Below are positions 63,156 to 64,000 of a stretch of DNA of 64,000 nt, one piece after another. Where the stretch lies: the NCBI GenBank assembly GCA_024679065.1, contig JAGIQG010000013.1, forward strand, positions 52,204,001 through 52,268,000, in the 5' to 3' direction. Within the stretch, counting starts at the first letter, position 1. Each line of letters starts with the position of its first letter. Source of the DNA: Sphyrna mokarran (taxonomy: Eukaryota). A program made the translations under genes and the position numbers. The notes under the pieces were generated by a model. The model saw only the letters and a list, made by a program, of their open reading frames with translations. It made no database searches and was not told the origin of the DNA.

Positions 63156-64000
63156 GTCACAGACCAGTAGTTTCCCCGGGTCCACTGATTTTGCCCTTCA
63201 GATTTAGGCATCTGAGTGTGTTTCCAGTTTGAGATGCCCTCACAGTTCTCAGTCTGCCTCAGCAGTGCTCTGATCTCCCAGTGGGGTGTCAAGGATTTAA
63301 GAGTGGCCAACTCTCCAACTGGATTGACAGTATGGACAGCTCATTTGATGTTTCAGACTGTGATGCTGATCTCACTGCCGGCAAATTGACGCTCAGGACT
63401 CTCATCTGGTCCTGGCATCAGAGTCCTGAAACCTTGGCAAAATCTACCAAACAGCCTTAAATGTAAACATTAGACTCATTTTTAAATAAATTGTGAACAT
63501 GTCTTCGTAGATTAAACCCTGTTCTAAAATGGTCCTTAGGAAAGTGATGATGAAGCCAGCAACTAGCCTAATGATGAGTGAAATGCTCCAGCTGTAAAAA
63601 TGTAGTTAGCCTTTATCAGATAACGTGTACCAAGAATGGGATTGTGCAGGTTTATACAACTGAAAGATTCTGATTTTGAATTCTTGGAATGGAAAGCTTT
63701 GACAGAACATGGGAGTCAATGGCAACAGCACAGAAGGAGCTGAGTGTGCTAGCTGCTCATTTTACATCATGGTCATTTTTTCTTTTCTCTTGGTTTCCTG
63801 CAGTGAGGGACCGGGTAATTTTAACTGCTAGGAGTCATTCAAACGAGTCAAATGGATTGCTCACCTGAAGCAAGCAGGGATGATGTGGAAGCTGGCAGAC
63901 AGGAGCAGCATTCCAGAACTCAGGAATCCATGTCGGCTGTTCCTGCTAGTTAAATAAGTTGATCCGGAGATACCTGAAGGGATCACAGTTAGGGAAAGGG

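Noticed and set aside
62126-63310. Long Pro/Ala/Cys- or Gly/Arg-rich ORFs (up to 335 aa) in several frames
   Set aside because: They arise from a stop-free GC minisatellite, are open in most frames on both strands, and show no domain signal.
36071-64000. DMD exon 55
   Set aside because: No matching peptide found by eye; presumably beyond the window.

Overview
This is eukaryotic DNA, most likely from a shark, judging by the HE1-type V-SINEs and CR1/HER1-like LINEs. The whole 64 kb lies inside the dystrophin (DMD) gene, transcribed on the minus strand. Five coding exons are present, orthologous to human exons 56, 57, 58, 59 and 60 (173, 157, 121, 269 and 147 bp). All have AG/GT boundaries and splice into one continuous frame. 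Exons 56 and 58 are missing from the ORF track. An alternative first exon of the short Dp116 isoform lies 193 bp upstream of exon 56 and encodes MQAPQSLCILPRFRLKMLQRKTYYVK. The rest is intron filled with retroelements (CR1, RTE, L1/Tx1, L2, Rex1/Babar, SINEs), LTR-like and MITE-like elements, and two C-rich minisatellites. The most unusual non-coding signal is a family of short, TSD-flanked, palindromic Penelope-like insertions carrying minimal hammerhead-ribozyme motifs. One motif has an intact core and lies on the DMD pre-mRNA strand. Family names and comparisons with human come from recalled consensus sequences, not from database searches.
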